Positions 46,220 to 59,043 are shown, counted from the whole stretch's first letter. The stretch is 63,243 nt of DNA, filler included, from Thraustochytrium aureum (GCA_012862495.1; 4 parts of 3 records of this genome joined end to end with filler, not necessarily neighbours in it), one strand, 5' to 3'. The notes: generated from the sequence alone by a model not told the origin. Numbers and translations are program-made.

Positions 46220-47694
46220 GTTGCGAGCGGCCAACCCGCCTTGCGCGTCAACCGACCAACTCCGAGCCAGCCTGGACGCCTTGCGCGCGTTCGAGCGAGC
46301 GAGCGAGCGAGCGAGCGAGCGCGCAAGTAAGTCCGTGCGTGCGTAGGTGCGTGCGTGCGTGCGTAGGTGCGTCCGTCTGCGAGAAGCACTTTCTTCAGCT
46401 GCGCCTGGGCACACGTTCGGGCTCTGCCCTGATGGATGAGAGCGAGCTGCTCTGCTTTCTTGGCTGCAGGTGTGCCTTTTGCGGCCCTCACAAATCACCA
46501 AGCCATCGGCCTGAAATCCCCCTTACGAGCGGGGCTAATGCGCGCCACTTTCTCCGCCCATTTCTCGCCGCCAGCGCCGTGCTGCACTGGGTGGGCGCCG
46601 ATCGATCGCCAGTGGACACCNNNNNNNNNNNNNNNNNNNNNNNNNNNNNNNNNNNNNNNNNNNNNNNNNNNNNNNNNNNNNNNNNNNNNNNNNNNNNNNN
46701 NNNNNNNNNNNNNNNNNNNNNNNNNNNNNNNNNNNNNNNNNNNNNNNNNNNNNNNNNNNNNNNNNNNNNNNNNNNNNNNNNNNNNNNNNNNNNNNNNNNN
46801 NNNNNNNNNNNNNNNNNNNNNNNNNNNNNNNNNNNNNNNNNNNNNNNNNNNNNNNNNNNNNCAATGGGGCGGGCCTCACAGGCGCGATGTGAGACCCTTT
46901 CGCGCGAAAGTGGAGCTGGTCAATGGCTTCCACCTCACCAGCTTTCACGTTGGGGGAGGCAAGGAGGGGATCTGAGCCGCGAAAGACATGCCGAAGACCA
47001 AATGACCAACAAAGCGAGTGCCACAAGACCACGCGCAGAGGTCCAGACGGCGCGAATGCGCCGCCGCGCGTGTCTGGTTCTCGTCCACCACGCCTGCAAG
47101 AACGGCGCGCGCCTTCACGCCCACAACCCGAGCAACCCGAGAGGGCAGAATCGGGGCTACAGGGCGTCGACGTCCAAGCCGCTCTTCGGCCTTTCCAGGC
47201 GGGTTTCGAGCGCGCGCTGCTAGACTAGCCTTTCCCGTCGGCCTTCCGAAAGGCGCCGAGGCACAGCGAGCTGCGTGCGTGTCATCGAGCCGAGCCAGCC
47301 AGCGACAGCAGCGACAGCGAGGAGGAAAAGGCTCGCAGCAAGTCGGAGTCGGATACAGCAAAGGCGCCGGCGTGGCCAGTCACGACCACCGCGTCGTGAC
47401 CTGGTGATCGTGAAGAAGCTACCCGTGCTGGCGTCGAGTTCGTTGGCGGGGTGGTGCGCAAGTCTGGAATGCCGACGGGACTACATCGTTGATGTCCCGT
47501 CGCGTCCTGCGTCGGTTTAGCCGGCTTCGAGCGCGCGTGGGCACTGCCCCCAGACCCTCCTCCTTGCAGCAACCAGAGGCGCGAGGCAGTGCCAGCCACA
47601 GCGGCGGGCGCGACCGGCAGTCGCGAGGCGGCTCAGCTCAGGGTCCGGCGGCGGGATATCAGTTATAGCTTTCCGGCGCTTTTCGGTGGACGAG

Positions 47695-48075
47695 ATGGCG
47701 GACAAGGCCCTCGACGCCGCGCGCGAGCAACTCGAAGCGGCCCGAGTGCAAGCGCGGCAGGCCGCGGCCAGCGCAGGCGACGCAGTTAGACCGGTGCTGT
47801 CCACCGTGCTGGGCGGCGCAAGCGACGTGGCGAGGCGGGCTGGGGCCGTTGCTGGGTTTGCAAGCGGCGTTGCCGCAGACGGCTCGGCCTTTGTCAGAGA
47901 CTCGGTCGTGGACCCCGGCGTCGACTACACGCTGCAGCACCCGGAGGTGATCGCTGCTGGGACCGCCGCGCTCGGTGCGCTGTCGCGGGTCCGCAAAGGG
48001 CCCCGCAAGATGATCAAAGGCGGCCTTCTGGGCGGGGCGCTCGGCCTCGGTTTCCTGTTCCTCGAACTCGCATAG
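47695..48075 (+). CDS. Small hypothetical membrane protein
   Basis: Ala-rich amphipathic helix and a C-terminal GGLLGGALGLGFLFL hydrophobic segment; aataaa downstream. Confidence 0.55.
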   Translation: MADKALDAAREQLEAARVQARQAAASAGDAVRPVLSTVLGGASDVARRAGAVAGFASGVAADGSAFVRDSVVDPGVDYTLQHPEVIAAGTAALGALSRVRKGPRKMIKGGLLGGALGLGFLFLELA

Positions 48076-48176
48076 GCAGCGGGGAATGCCTCAATAAACA
48101 TTAAAACTACTCGGCATGCCTTTCTGTCTCGCNNNNNNNNNNNNNNNNNNNNNNNNNNNNNNNNNNNNNNNNNNNN

Positions 48177-48188
48177 TTAATTAATTAA
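48177..48188. other. Artificial scaffold-join linker TTAATTAATTAA
   Basis: Six-frame stop linker within N runs. Confidence 0.95.
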
Positions 48189-48327
48189 NNNNNNNNNNNN
48201 NNNNNNNNNNNNNNNNNNNNNNNNNNNNNNNNTTCAATTGCCTTGTCTACAGATTACAATTACTTCCACAACAGAGGTCCTTGGTACAGGTACGCGAGAA
48301 TCGTTTGCCAAATGCTACGCCGACAGG

Positions 48328-49308
48328 TCATGCAGGGCTCGGCGGTGCCCGCGGCAGAAAGGCCGCAAAGTGGAGCGAGGAGCGTGGGCGCTTTAAAAAC
48401 GTCGACGATCGTCCATGGAAGAGGCCCGGAGTGTTGCAGAGGGCCGCAGCGAGCCCTTGGCTCTCAAAGCGGTCCTTAAGGGACATGGGCTCTGCGCAAT
48501 CCTCATCCTCTCCGTCGGAACTCGAAACGAACTTGTTGGACATGCTCGTTGCGTCTTCTGCGAGCCCTGAAGAGGTTCTTGAGGAACGGCGACGCTTACG
48601 ACCTGTGCAAAACCAAAATCTGTTGGCGGGGCCAGCTCGTCGAGTGGCGTCGAGGATTCTGTCCTCGTCGCTATCGCCGGCGGCGTCGCTGTTCCACAAT
48701 GGGGAAGCAAATGCCGACGCAAGTAGAGGCGAGCTGACCACTTCGCGATGCCACATCTCGTTGAACTCGTGCACAACGGCGCGATGAATCGGGTTGGACG
48801 GCTCGGTTTGCGGCTTCCATTCACCGTCCTCGAGCACAAGCCACTGGAGCTGGACGGTGCACATCTCTGCCGCCTCGCGAGCTGTCTGCTCGACTTTGAC
48901 CCCGTGCGCCAAGCACAGAGCGGCGGCCATGCGCCACGACTGGCCAGGCTCGCACAATGAGAAGCCCAGGTCGCTCGCCACGCGCTCAAATGCCTGGCTG
49001 AGGTGCTGGCGCGCAGCAGCAGCGTCACTCGGTGCGAGCCGGACGTGGAGGCGAACTGCGCTCGACCCGCCAGGCGCCAAGCCGGGCAAATTGAGAGTGC
49101 TGCAGCGCCCCCAACGCGGGTCTGCAAAGGAAAGTGCGCTGAGGCGCAGAACGCTTAGGTCCTGCGTCGGCACCTGCATCGTCATGCTGTTGCGGTGCGC
49201 GGTGGCATCAATCAGATCTCTGTACACTTTGGACGCTCGCCCAGCAATCAGCCGAAGCGACGCGCACTGCGTCGCCGACTGGTGTGGTCTGCGTTCCGCG
49301 TTCTGCAA
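48328..49308 (-). CDS. Hypothetical protein fragment; ends uncertain
   Basis: 326-aa ORF with no recognised motif, at a scaffold edge. Confidence 0.3.
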   Translation of the reverse strand: MQNAERRPHQSATQCASLRLIAGRASKVYRDLIDATAHRNSMTMQVPTQDLSVLRLSALSFADPRWGRCSTLNLPGLAPGGSSAVRLHVRLAPSDAAAARQHLSQAFERVASDLGFSLCEPGQSWRMAAALCLAHGVKVEQTAREAAEMCTVQLQWLVLEDGEWKPQTEPSNPIHRAVVHEFNEMWHREVVSSPLLASAFASPLWNSDAAGDSDEDRILDATRRAGPANRFWFCTGRKRRRSSRTSSGLAEDATSMSNKFVSSSDGEDEDCAEPMSLKDRFESQGLAAALCNTPGLFHGRSSTFLKRPRSSLHFAAFLPRAPPSPA

Positions 49309-50179
49309 TCAGTCAGGCTCTGGCGCGGCGCCTTTGAAGGAACCCGCGATTCCTGCTCAAGTCGCCGAGGCTGGCTGCATCATTTGGGGTCTGCCACTGC
49401 AGTCGACGCTGGGAAACGCTGGGAAGTTGAAATGGAAATACCGTACGTGTCGCCGGATGGGCGTCCCAGATTCTCTGCTGATGCTTTGAGAGCAAGGCAG
49501 GCCGCGCTGGGCTGTAGGGTACGTCAGGCCTGGCACGTGGAGAGCCTCCTTTTAAGTATTTGGCGTTTTTGGCAGGCAAGTGGGTGCTATCCGCCAGCAT
49601 CATCGAAGGGGTCTCACCTTGAAGGTATCATCGTTCCTTGTGCCGCGCAGCGCTTGATCTGATACCTGCCTATCTCGCCAGCCGTTGCCTGCCCACTTGA
49701 GACGCTCCAGAGCGGCCACTGGACAACGAATCGCGACCGGGCTTGCAAATGGCACAAGCGCAGAAAGACCGCAAGCTGGCAAGGGANCGAGCGAGCGCCC
49801 GAGCGCTCCCGTACTCGCACGTCTCCACCCGCGCAGGCGTCTCGATGCCAGTTCCCAGAGACCGAGGCAGATGAATGAGAGAAAGTGNNNNNNNNNNNNN
49901 NNNNNNNNNNNNNNNNNNNNNNNNNNNNNNNNNNNNNNNNNNNNNNNNNNNNNNNNNNNNNNNNNNNNNNNNNNNNNNNNNNNNNNNNNNNNNNNNNNNN
50001 NNNNNNNNNNNNNNNNNNNNNNNNNNNNNNNNNNNNNNNNNNNNNNNNNNNNNNNNNNNNNNNNNNNNNNNNNNNNNNNNNNNNNNNNNNNNNNNNNNNN
50101 NNNNNNNNNNNNNNNNNNNNNNNNNNNNNNNNNNNNNNNNNNNNNNNNNNNNNNNNNNNNNNNNNNNNNNNNNNNNNNN

Positions 50180-50260
50180 AGGAGCATCAGGAGCATCACG
50201 AGCATCACGAGCATCACGAGCATCACGAGCATCACGAGCATCACGAGCATCGCGAGCATC
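50180..50260. repeat. 9-bp tandem repeat (gagcatcac)n running into a gap
   Basis: About 9 copies visible. Confidence 0.9.
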
Positions 50261-50453
50261 GTGCGGTCCGTCCACGGTCCGATCCTTCATGGATGGCGAC
50301 GGACGACACGGAGGAGCCGCAGACGAGCGTTGTGGTCGCGGCACTTGCGGCTGTGCGTCCCTCTTGAGAGGCACGAGTGGCACGGGCGTCGGGGCGAGGA
50401 GGTGCGCGCGGCGCGAGCGGTTCGTGGGCCGGCGGAGCGGCGCGGGAGGCGGG

Positions 50454-50780
50454 ATGTCGGCGACTTCGGTTTTCAAGTACTTGAGCCGAGCGACGGTGCA
50501 GCTGGCTGCGTTTGAAAAGTCGTCCTCGCAGACGCGGGAGATCCTCCGGCTCGCACAGCAGGCTGTGGGCTCGTCTGGGAGCTTTGAACTCAAGGTGCAT
50601 GTGATCGACCCGCCCGCGAACGTGACGAGGGAGATTGTGGAGAAAGGCCGCTCCTCCAAGATCGACGTCGAGTTTCACAACGGCCACAAGTTGGAGATCG
50701 TGCCGGGCAAGGTCGCCAGGATCGCTCTCCAGGAGCTGAAGGACTACGCCGAGAAGAACGAGGTGGCCGCGAAGGCTTAG
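50454..50780 (+). CDS. Mitochondrial ribosomal protein mL53-like
   Basis: FKYLSRATVQLAAF...TREIL...KIDVEFHNG pattern and ~108 aa size. Confidence 0.6.
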   Translation: MSATSVFKYLSRATVQLAAFEKSSSQTREILRLAQQAVGSSGSFELKVHVIDPPANVTREIVEKGRSSKIDVEFHNGHKLEIVPGKVARIALQELKDYAEKNEVAAKA

Positions 50781-50848
50781 GGGAGCTCTGGCCGATGGAC
50801 AGCGGCACGACGAGTTTCCGTTGCACATCACACATTGGACACCTTGGG

Positions 50849-50912
50849 CAGGACTGCTGACAGCGCTCGCAGGGCTGCTGACAGCGCTCGCAGGACTGCT
50901 GAAAGCGCTCGC
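50849..50912. repeat. 21-bp tandem repeat, 3 copies
   Basis: cagg(a/g)ctgctga(c/a)agcgctcg three times. Confidence 0.85.
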
Positions 50913-51295
50913 ACAATCTCGATGCGCAGCAGCCCGCGCGTGCGACAAGCAGAGGCCGCTGCAGCGTATCGCAACGCCTCCGGCTCGGCGCATACACTTT
51001 ACTCTGAACTGTGACAATCTTCTTCTTTCTTGGCATCGAGTCGCTTACCGGTAGAATCTGCAAGAGGGAAAGGAAGGGAAGGCGGAGCTTCCCGCCTGGT
51101 CGGCACTGCGTGCAGCCTCAGTTTCTACCCTGGGGCCCCTTCTTGCACAACAAGTTGACCATCACGTAGGCCGTGCGAGCGGCGCAGCCCCTGCGGCCAA
51201 CAAGCAGGACAGGCCCATGTGTTTTGATTTTTAGTCTACGACAGGCGCTAGCTATAGATGTGTCAGGGCAGGAGCTTCGGGGCTGGGGAGAGAGT

Positions 51296-51311
51296 GGTGT
51301 TGAGAAACACC
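51296..51311 (-). promoter_or_regulatory. Histone mRNA 3' stem-loop of an unseen minus-strand histone gene
   Basis: Minus strand reads GGTGTT-TCTC-AACACC-actctct, nearly identical to the H4 stem-loop. Confidence 0.75.
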
Positions 51312-52598
51312 ATAGATTTGGTTGTGTTGCGTCGGTTGACACGCGCGCAGTGAGCGCGGGNNNNNNNNNNNNNNNNNNNNNNNNNNNNNNNNNNNNNNNN
51401 NNNNNNNNNNNNNNNNNNNNNNNNNNNNNNNNNNNNNNNNNNNNNNNNNNNNNNNNNNNNNNNNNNNNNNNNNNNNNNNNNNNNNNNNNNNNNNNNNNNN
51501 NNNNNNNNNNNNNNNNNNNNNNNNNNNNNNNNNNNNNNNNNNNNNNNNNNNNNNNNNNNNNNNNNNNNNNNNNNNNNNNNNNNNNNNNNNNNNNNNNNNN
51601 NNNNNNNNNNNNNNNNNNNNNNNNNNNNNNNNNNNNNNNNNNNNNNNNNNNNNNNNNNNNNNNNNNNNNNNNNNNNNNNNNNNNNNNNNNNNNNNNNNNN
51701 NNNNNNNNNNNNNNNNNNNNNNNNNNNNNNNNNNNNNNNNNNNNNNNNNNNNNNNNNNNNNNNNNNNNNNNNNNNNNNNNNNNNNNNNNNNNNNNNNNNN
51801 NNNNNNNNNNNNNNNNNNNNNNNNNNNNNNNNNNNNNNNNNNNNNNNNNNNNNNNNNNNNNNNNNNNNNNNNNNNNNNNNNNNNNNNNNNNNNNNNNNNN
51901 NNNNNNNNNNNNNNNNNNNNNNNNNNNNNNNNNNNNNNNNNNNNNNNNNNNNNNNNNNNNNNNNNNNNNNNNNNNNNNNNNNNNNNNNNNNNNNNNNNNN
52001 NNNNNNNNNNNNNNNNNNNNNNNNNNNNNNNNNNNNNNNNNNNNNNNNNNNNNNNNNNNNNNNNNNNNNNNNNNNNNNNNNNNNNNNNNNNNNNNNNNNN
52101 NNNNNNNNNNNNNNNNNNNNNNNNNNNNNNNNNNNNNNNNNNNNNNNNNNNNNNNNNNNNNNNNNNNNNNNNNNNNNNNNNNNNNNNNNNNNNNNNNNNN
52201 NNNNNNGAATTCTCAGGCCGGCACTTTTTTTGTTTGGCGGTTGCCCCCTGCTGGTGTTGACAGATGGCGTCGCGCCGTCACAACGACTGACGAACGACTG
52301 ACGCGCACTGCAGTGAGGGCGCCCGCCTGTGGGAAAAATCTTTCCTCGCAGCGGCTCGATCGTTTCCACGGTGTTTTGTTCCGCATAAAACGCGTCGTTC
52401 GTGGCGGCTCGAGAAAGCGAATTTTCTTCTTCACACCGTCGTCGACACGCGCTAGGTACTCCTTGCTCACGAGGCGCGACAGTTGAAGACGGGCGGCGGT
52501 CGGGTTTTTCCCCCATGGCCGCTTCTGCGAGGATGATACGAGGCAAGCAGAGCACTTGGTGCAGGCCGCATCGGCAGGTGGCGCGGCGCCCAGGCTGA

Positions 52599-52991
<393 letters not shown>

Positions 52992-53052
52992 GCGGCCGGC
53001 GCGGCACCGAGAGCGCGGAAGCGCCTCGGGCGCCCACACAAAAACAACCAAT

Positions 53053-53068
53053 GGTGTTCTTCAACACC
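53053..53068 (+). promoter_or_regulatory. Histone mRNA 3' stem-loop (6-bp stem, 4-nt loop)
   Basis: AC-rich leader, then GGTGTT-CTTC-AACACC, about 60 nt after the H4 stop. Confidence 0.85.
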
Positions 53069-54431
53069 ACTCTCTGTACCAACATCCTCGTGCAACACCG
53101 AACTCTTTCAATCAAAGAATTAGTTAGCCTCTAGAAGAAAAGTACATTGGACGCGCGCCGAGGGCGAACGCATCGCATCAGGGGCTGCGGAGCGCGTAGC
53201 CGTCCGCCTGGCAGGCAGCGCCGCGGCGTTCCTCGTCAAGACCGTTTCGGAAACGAAGCAGCTCGCACGCAAGGTCGATCTCAACCCAGTGCGTCTGGCT
53301 GCACTGATTTCGCCTGTCCTCATCGACCTTTGCCCGAGGGCAGTGCGCCACGTCACAGGCCCAGGGCGCCCCGTCAGCGCCGTGGTAGACGTCCTCGCTG
53401 AGGCACTTGCCAACCTCCCACGCCCCGCGCGTTGCATGGTGGCACGCTCCGTTCGAGCANNNNNNNNNNNNNNNNNNNNNNNNNNNNNNNNNNNNNNNNN
53501 NNNNNNNNNNNNNNNNNNNNNNNNNNNNNNNNNNNNNNNNNNNNNNNNNNNNNNNNNNNNNNNNNNNNNNNNNNNNNNNNNNNNNNNNNNNNNNNNNNNN
53601 NNNNNNNNNNNNNNNNNNNNNNNNNNNNNNNNNNNNNNNNNNNNNNNNNNNNNNNNNNNNNNNNNNNNNNNNNNNNNNNNNNNNNNNNNNNNNNNNNNNN
53701 NNNNNNNNNNNNNNNNNNNNNNNNNNNNNNNNNNNNNNNNNNNNNNNNNNNNNNNNNNNNNNNNNNNNNNNNNNNNNNNNNNNNNNNNNNNNNNNNNNNN
53801 NNNNNNNNNNNNNNNNNNNNNNNNNNNNNNNNNNNNNNNNNNNNNNNNNNNNNNNNNNNNNNNNNNNNNNNNNNNNNNNNNNNNNNNNNNNNNNNNNNNN
53901 NNNNNNNNNNNNNNNNNNNNNNNNNNNNNNNNNNNNNNNNNNNNNNNNNNNNNNNNNNNNNNNNNNNNNNNNNNNNNNNNNNNNNNNNNNNNNNNNNNNN
54001 NNNNNNNNNNNNNNNNNNNNNNNNNNNNNNNNNNNNNNNNNNNNNNNNNNNNNNNNNNNNNNNNNNNNNNNNNNNNNNNNNNNNNNNNNNNNNNNNNNNN
54101 NNNNNNNNNNNNNNNNNNNNNNNNNNNNNNNNNNNNNNNNNNNNNNNNNNNNNNNNNNNNNNNNNNNNNNNNNNNNNNNNNNNNNNNNNNNNNNNNNNNN
54201 NNNNNNNNNNNNNNNNNNNNNNNNNNNNNNNNNNNNNNNNNNNNNNNNNNNNNNNNNNNNNNNNNNNNNNNNNNNNNNNNNNNNNNNNNNNNNNNNNNNN
54301 NNNNNNNNNNNNNNNNNNNNNNNNNNNNNNNNNNNNNNNNNNNNNNNNNNNNNNNNNNNNNNNNNNNNNNNNNNNNNNNNNNNNNNNNNNNNNNNNNNNN
54401 NNNNNNNNNNNNNNNNNNNNNNNNNNNNNNN

Positions 54432-55530
54432 TGCTCTTCGAAAACTACGACTTTTTGACGATTGCAAAGTCGATACACCTTACGGTTTCCGACAAAGCTA
54501 CCGGCGGCTTGGAGGGCAGAGCTGGCCAAACGGCACGACAATGGCGACCCAGCTGTGGAGTGGTTTGGGGCCGACGGACGCGCAGGCGCTGGGCGGCCGC
54601 ACGGTGGCGACCGCGCGGCGGCCTCTTGCGGCGGGGCGCCGCCGTGCCTCATCGCAGGGTTTGGCGCCGCTGGTGCGGGCCCCGGCCGAGAGGAGCCCGA
54701 TCGACCGCGTCGTCGACGAGCTGATCGACACGGAGCACCACTACTATGACTGCCTGACTCAAGCGCTGGGATTCGGCAAGCACATCAAAAACATCTCGCT
54801 GGCCCATAATGGCGTAGAGGCCGCGGCGCGCCTCGGCCTGACGACAGAGGAGATCGAGACAGTGTTTGGGTTTCGGCTCAACTACGTGACGCAGCTCAGC
54901 AAGCGTCTCCTGACCAACCTCGAAGTAATCGACCTCGTGCGCGAGGAGCCGCGCAACCCGCTCGGGCGGGTTGGCCTGGCCGCCGAAGCTATGCTCGCGG
55001 TGATCGACGACCTGCACGTCTACGCGCCGTACGTGAGCAGCCACAATACGATGCACCGCATCATCAAGGCTGCAAGCACGGCCATTGGCAAAAAGTTGGC
55101 TGCGAAGCGGCTTCCGAGCCTCAAGGCGGGGGGCTTCAAGGGCGGGCAGGACAAGTTCAAGGGGACCTTTATCGAGATTTGGGAGGGCATTTCCTCCGCG
55201 GATGCGCGGCTTGGTGGGCAGGCGCTTCTCAGCGTGCTCATCATGCCGATCCAGCGCCCGCCGCGGTACAAGCTGCTGTTCTCCGACTTGCTCAAGCGTC
55301 TCCCCGAGTCGCACCCTGCGTACGACAAGGTCAAGGAGGTCACGGTACTCATCGACGAGATGACCAACGAGATCAACGAAGCCCTCCGGCAGCACGAGAA
55401 GCTCGCTTCGTTGCTGGGCGACGAGTCGCTCGTTCCAACGGGTTCGGAGCGGTCGCTGCGCAAGACGGGCTCGTCCAAGGACCTGAAAATGAAAAACTTG
55501 TACCCGGCTGCGCGCGACGAGCTGATCTGA
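54432..55530 (+). CDS. RhoGEF (Dbl-homology domain) protein; 5' end uncertain
   Basis: VVDELIDTEHHYYDCL, YAPYVSSH, LLSVLIMPIQRPPRYKLLFSDLLKRLPESHPAY and INEALR. Confidence 0.8.
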
Positions 55531-55556
55531 CCCTGGCGCAGCCAGTGTAGAGAGAG

Positions 55557-55658
55557 CGGCTTTTGCCGGCCACACGGCCTGGCGATGGGTCGCAATGTTC
55601 TGTATCATCGGCTTTTGCCGGCCGCACGGTCTGGCGATGGGTCGCAATGTTCTGTATC
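55557..55658. repeat. ~53-bp tandem duplication between convergent genes
   Basis: cggcttttgccggcc.cacgg.ctggcgatgggtcgcaatgttctgtatc occurs twice. Confidence 0.85.
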
Positions 55659-55769
55659 TTTCTTTCTTTCTTTCCTTCCTCTCTCTTATGCCCACTGCTC
55701 TGGAGGCCTTGCAGTACGGACTGGGCCCAAGCGACGATCAGAAGAGGGGCGACTTGCTGCTGGCGGGAC

Positions 55770-56222
55770 TCAGAGATTGCCAGCGCCAGGCAGCTCCGCC
55801 TTGATGGCCTCCAGCGCGGCCCTGGCCGCCTCTGCGTCGATCATTGACTTGGCGCTCGGCGGGAACCGCATCTCCAGTTTGTCATCCTTGAAACGCGGCA
55901 CAATGTGCACATGCACGTGAAACACCTGCTGACCAGACGCCGACCCATTGTTTTGCAAAATGTTGATGCCGTCCGCCTTGTACGCCTTGCGCACGGCTTC
56001 TGCCACGACGGCCACTTCGGCAAACAGCTTCCCGACGAGTTCGCCAGGCATGCTCGTGATGCTCGCATACCCCTTGGCCTTCGGTATCACCAGCGTGTGG
56101 CCGGGGCACACCGGGAAGGCGTCCAGGATGGCAAGGACGTCCTCGCTTTCATACACCTTGTGGCCGGGGATCTCGCCGCTCACGATCTTGCCAAACACGT
56201 TGTTCTCGTCATAGCCTTCCAT
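55770..56222 (-). CDS. HIT (histidine triad) family nucleotide hydrolase, HINT-like
   Basis: NVFGKIVSGEIP, AILDAFPVCPGHTLVIPK and GQQVFHVHVHIVPR. Confidence 0.92.
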   Translation of the reverse strand: MEGYDENNVFGKIVSGEIPGHKVYESEDVLAILDAFPVCPGHTLVIPKAKGYASITSMPGELVGKLFAEVAVVAEAVRKAYKADGINILQNNGSASGQQVFHVHVHIVPRFKDDKLEMRFPPSAKSMIDAEAARAALEAIKAELPGAGNL

Positions 56223-56695
56223 CGCGGCTGGCTCCCGCGCGCCCGCCAGCGCCAATCGCAAGCAAACGAAAGCACCGGGCCTCGAGCTCGGTGATCGATC
56301 CTGTCTGTTCCGGCGCCGCGAAAAGGCATTGGTTGAACGTTTCATGAACATGAGCGCAAGCCCGCCGCGCTACCGAGCCGCTCGCTGCCCTTGCCGCGGC
56401 ATTTCGCAACTATGTGCCGCGAGCGCGATGGGCAACTGGATGCTCCGAGCGGCGCTGGCCACGGTCCAACCCTAGTAGCTCTGGTCGGGTTCCGGCGATG
56501 CAGGCCGTCACGTTCGGGGCGCCTAGGTATGGCATCTGCCAGTGGCATCAATGCCCGTCAGGCTTGCAGTCCCGAATGGGCCGAGCAAGACCGCACTCAG
56601 GCTGGGCGATTCGAGGTGACGAGCGCAAGAGCCCAAGTGCGCCCCGAGGGTTGTCGGTTGGTTTTTGTGTGTGTGCGAGCGTTGCTTGCTCGACG

Positions 56696-57558
56696 ATGGC
56701 AGCGATACAAGCGTTTGCCAGGCTGCCGTCCGTGGTGGAGGCGCTGCAAAAGTCCCCCGAGCGGCACGGCGAGCTGCAGAACGTGGTCCCGGGCCGCGTG
56801 TGGGCCGTGGAAGGCCGGTTTCTCATGCGAGCCACGATGGGCAAGCTAGCGGACCTTGGACTGACGTACCTGTCCCGCACGATGACGATTGTGAAGGACG
56901 AGGACGGCCTGGTCCTCGTCAACGCGTTCGACCTGACACAACGCGGATGGGACGAGATCGAAAAGCTTGGCCAGGTCCGGCGCGTCGTGCGGCTTTCGTC
57001 GTCGCACGGCAGCGACGACCCGATCCTCCTGGACCGGTTCAAAGCCGAGTACTGGATCATCGACGGCATGAGCAAGCACCACGGGCTCGAGGACATTTTG
57101 GATCAACCCCTGCAGCTGATGAGTGCAGAGAACACCCGGTCACCGGGGCCAAGCTTTTTGTCTTTCCAAACACCGCACTGCCGGAAGGTATCCTGGTGTT
57201 GCCGATCGCTGGCGGCGTGCTCGTCTCGTGTGACGGGCTTCAGAACCAGCCATGTGGGCTGTGCCGGTGCGACCCAAACAGCACCATGTTTATGAACTTG
57301 GTGACATATATGATGGGTTTCCAAGGCCACGGCCGCGTTGGTCCGGGCTTCCTCATGGGCAACTACAAGTCTCGCAATCTCGACCCTCAAGTGGAGCTGC
57401 CCGCGTTTCTCGCGAAGGTCCTCTCGGCAGATTGGGACGCGTTTGTGCCTGGCCACGGCGGCCCGATTGCACTCGGTGCCAAGCAGATGGTTGCGGCGAC
57501 TCTGCGCGCTCAGTTCCCGAGCCTCTGCGCGCTCGTTGATTTCGACGAGTCCGACTAG
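56696..57558 (+). CDS. Metallo-beta-lactamase-fold protein; frameshift near 57135
   Basis: RTMTIVK..GLVLVN, IEKLGQVRRVVRLSSSHGSDD, GVLVSCDGLQN and FVPGHGGP. Confidence 0.65.
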
Positions 57559-58018
57559 CCCGCTCGCGGGCTGCCAGGTTTCCTTCCTTTCCATCAGAAG
57601 TCAATTTGGAACATGATGAACATCGACTGTGAACGTCGAGCGTGCCTTGCTCCGCAACGGAAGCAATCTTGTATTCTTGTATCTAGCTCTGGCGAGAGTC
57701 CCGCCTGCGGCCGTCCATCATCGCCCAGCCGCTCTCGCGTCCAGACCCTCGAACGAGCGCTGACCAGCCCCGCGCCACATCGCCACCCCAAGCTTCAACC
57801 GGTATATCCGAGTGGGAAACCCTTCAGCGCGCGTGATGATCGCCACGATGGTGACGCAGGTCTACGAGGATCCAGGCCACGGCAGGCCGGCAGCCAAGGT
57901 GAGCACCCGCCACCACCGTCACCCACCTCCACCGCAAATCGAACCTTGTGGTGGCGCCAGCTCGCCACTTGCCTNNNNNNNNNNNNNNNNNNNNNNNNNN
58001 NNNNNNNNNNNNNNNNNN

Positions 58019-58030
58019 TTAATTAATTAA
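58019..58030. other. Artificial scaffold-join linker TTAATTAATTAA
   Basis: Six-frame stop linker within N runs. Confidence 0.95.
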
Positions 58031-58074
58031 NNNNNNNNNNNNNNNNNNNNNNNNNNNNNNNNNNNNNNNNNNNN

Positions 58075-59043
58075 CAGGTTGCGACGAAGCGTGCTCTACA
58101 TGCCTGCATCAAACCCGCGCGCCCTGGCCAAGGTGCCTATGATCGAGGCCGATGGATTCATCCTCGATATCGAGGATTCCGTTGCCGTGGAAAAAAAACA
58201 ATTGCGCGCGAGCGCGCCCTGGTTGCCGCTGGTGAGTTGCGGCTTGCAGCAAGGCCTTGCTGGACGCCTTTGAGCGCCCGCGCGAGACCGATCATCTAAC
58301 AGCCAAGAACATTGAACCGCCGCCCCGAAGAGAGCTTGCGCCGCGACCCGGCCTGCGCAAACAAAGAAATCATCATACGCGTCAACGGAAAGCACACCGA
58401 GTGGCACGACGACGACGTCCGCGCGGTCTGCGAAAGCCAAGCACACGCCCTCTTGCTGCCAAAGGTAGAGACCCCAGAGGATGTTCACGAGCTCGAGGCG
58501 ACGGCCAAGCGCCTCGGAGCCCCCGAGGACCTGTCGTTCTGGTGCATGATTGAAACCCCGCTTGGCGTGCTCAACGCGGCGGAGATCGCAAAGTCGTCCG
58601 AGCGCATCCAGTGCCTCGTCGTGGGCACCGTCGACCTCGCCAACGAGGTCCACTGCCTCCCGAGCGCCCCCGGAAGGTGGAACCTCATGTTTGCGCTGAG
58701 CAATTGCATCCTCGCAGCTCGCGCACACAAGAAGTCAATCTTGGACGGGGTCTACATCAACTACCGTGACGAGGAAGGCTTTTACAGAGAGTGCCGCCAA
58801 GGCCGCGAGCTCGGCTTTGACGGCAAGACCCTGATCCACCCCAGCACCGTCCCTCTTTGTAACGAGATCTTCGCCCCTTCGGAAGACGAAGTCGACTTTG
58901 CGCGCCGCATTGTTCAGGCCCACATCGACGCGGTCGCTCAGGGGAGTGGCGTCGCTACGCTGGACGGCAAGCTCGTCGAGGCTCTGCACGTGCGCGACGC
59001 GCTTCGCACTCTCAAGCTCGCTGAGCGCATTGCCCAGACATGA
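58075..59043 (+). CDS. Citrate lyase beta-like / malyl-CoA lyase-thioesterase family (CitE, HpcH/HpaI); 5' truncated; frameshift in the A-run near 58195; intron 58232-58330
   Basis: RRSVLYMPASN, ILDIEDSV, IIRVN, LLPKVE, MIETPLG, GTVDL, GFDGKTLIHP and DGKLVEALH. Confidence 0.88.
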
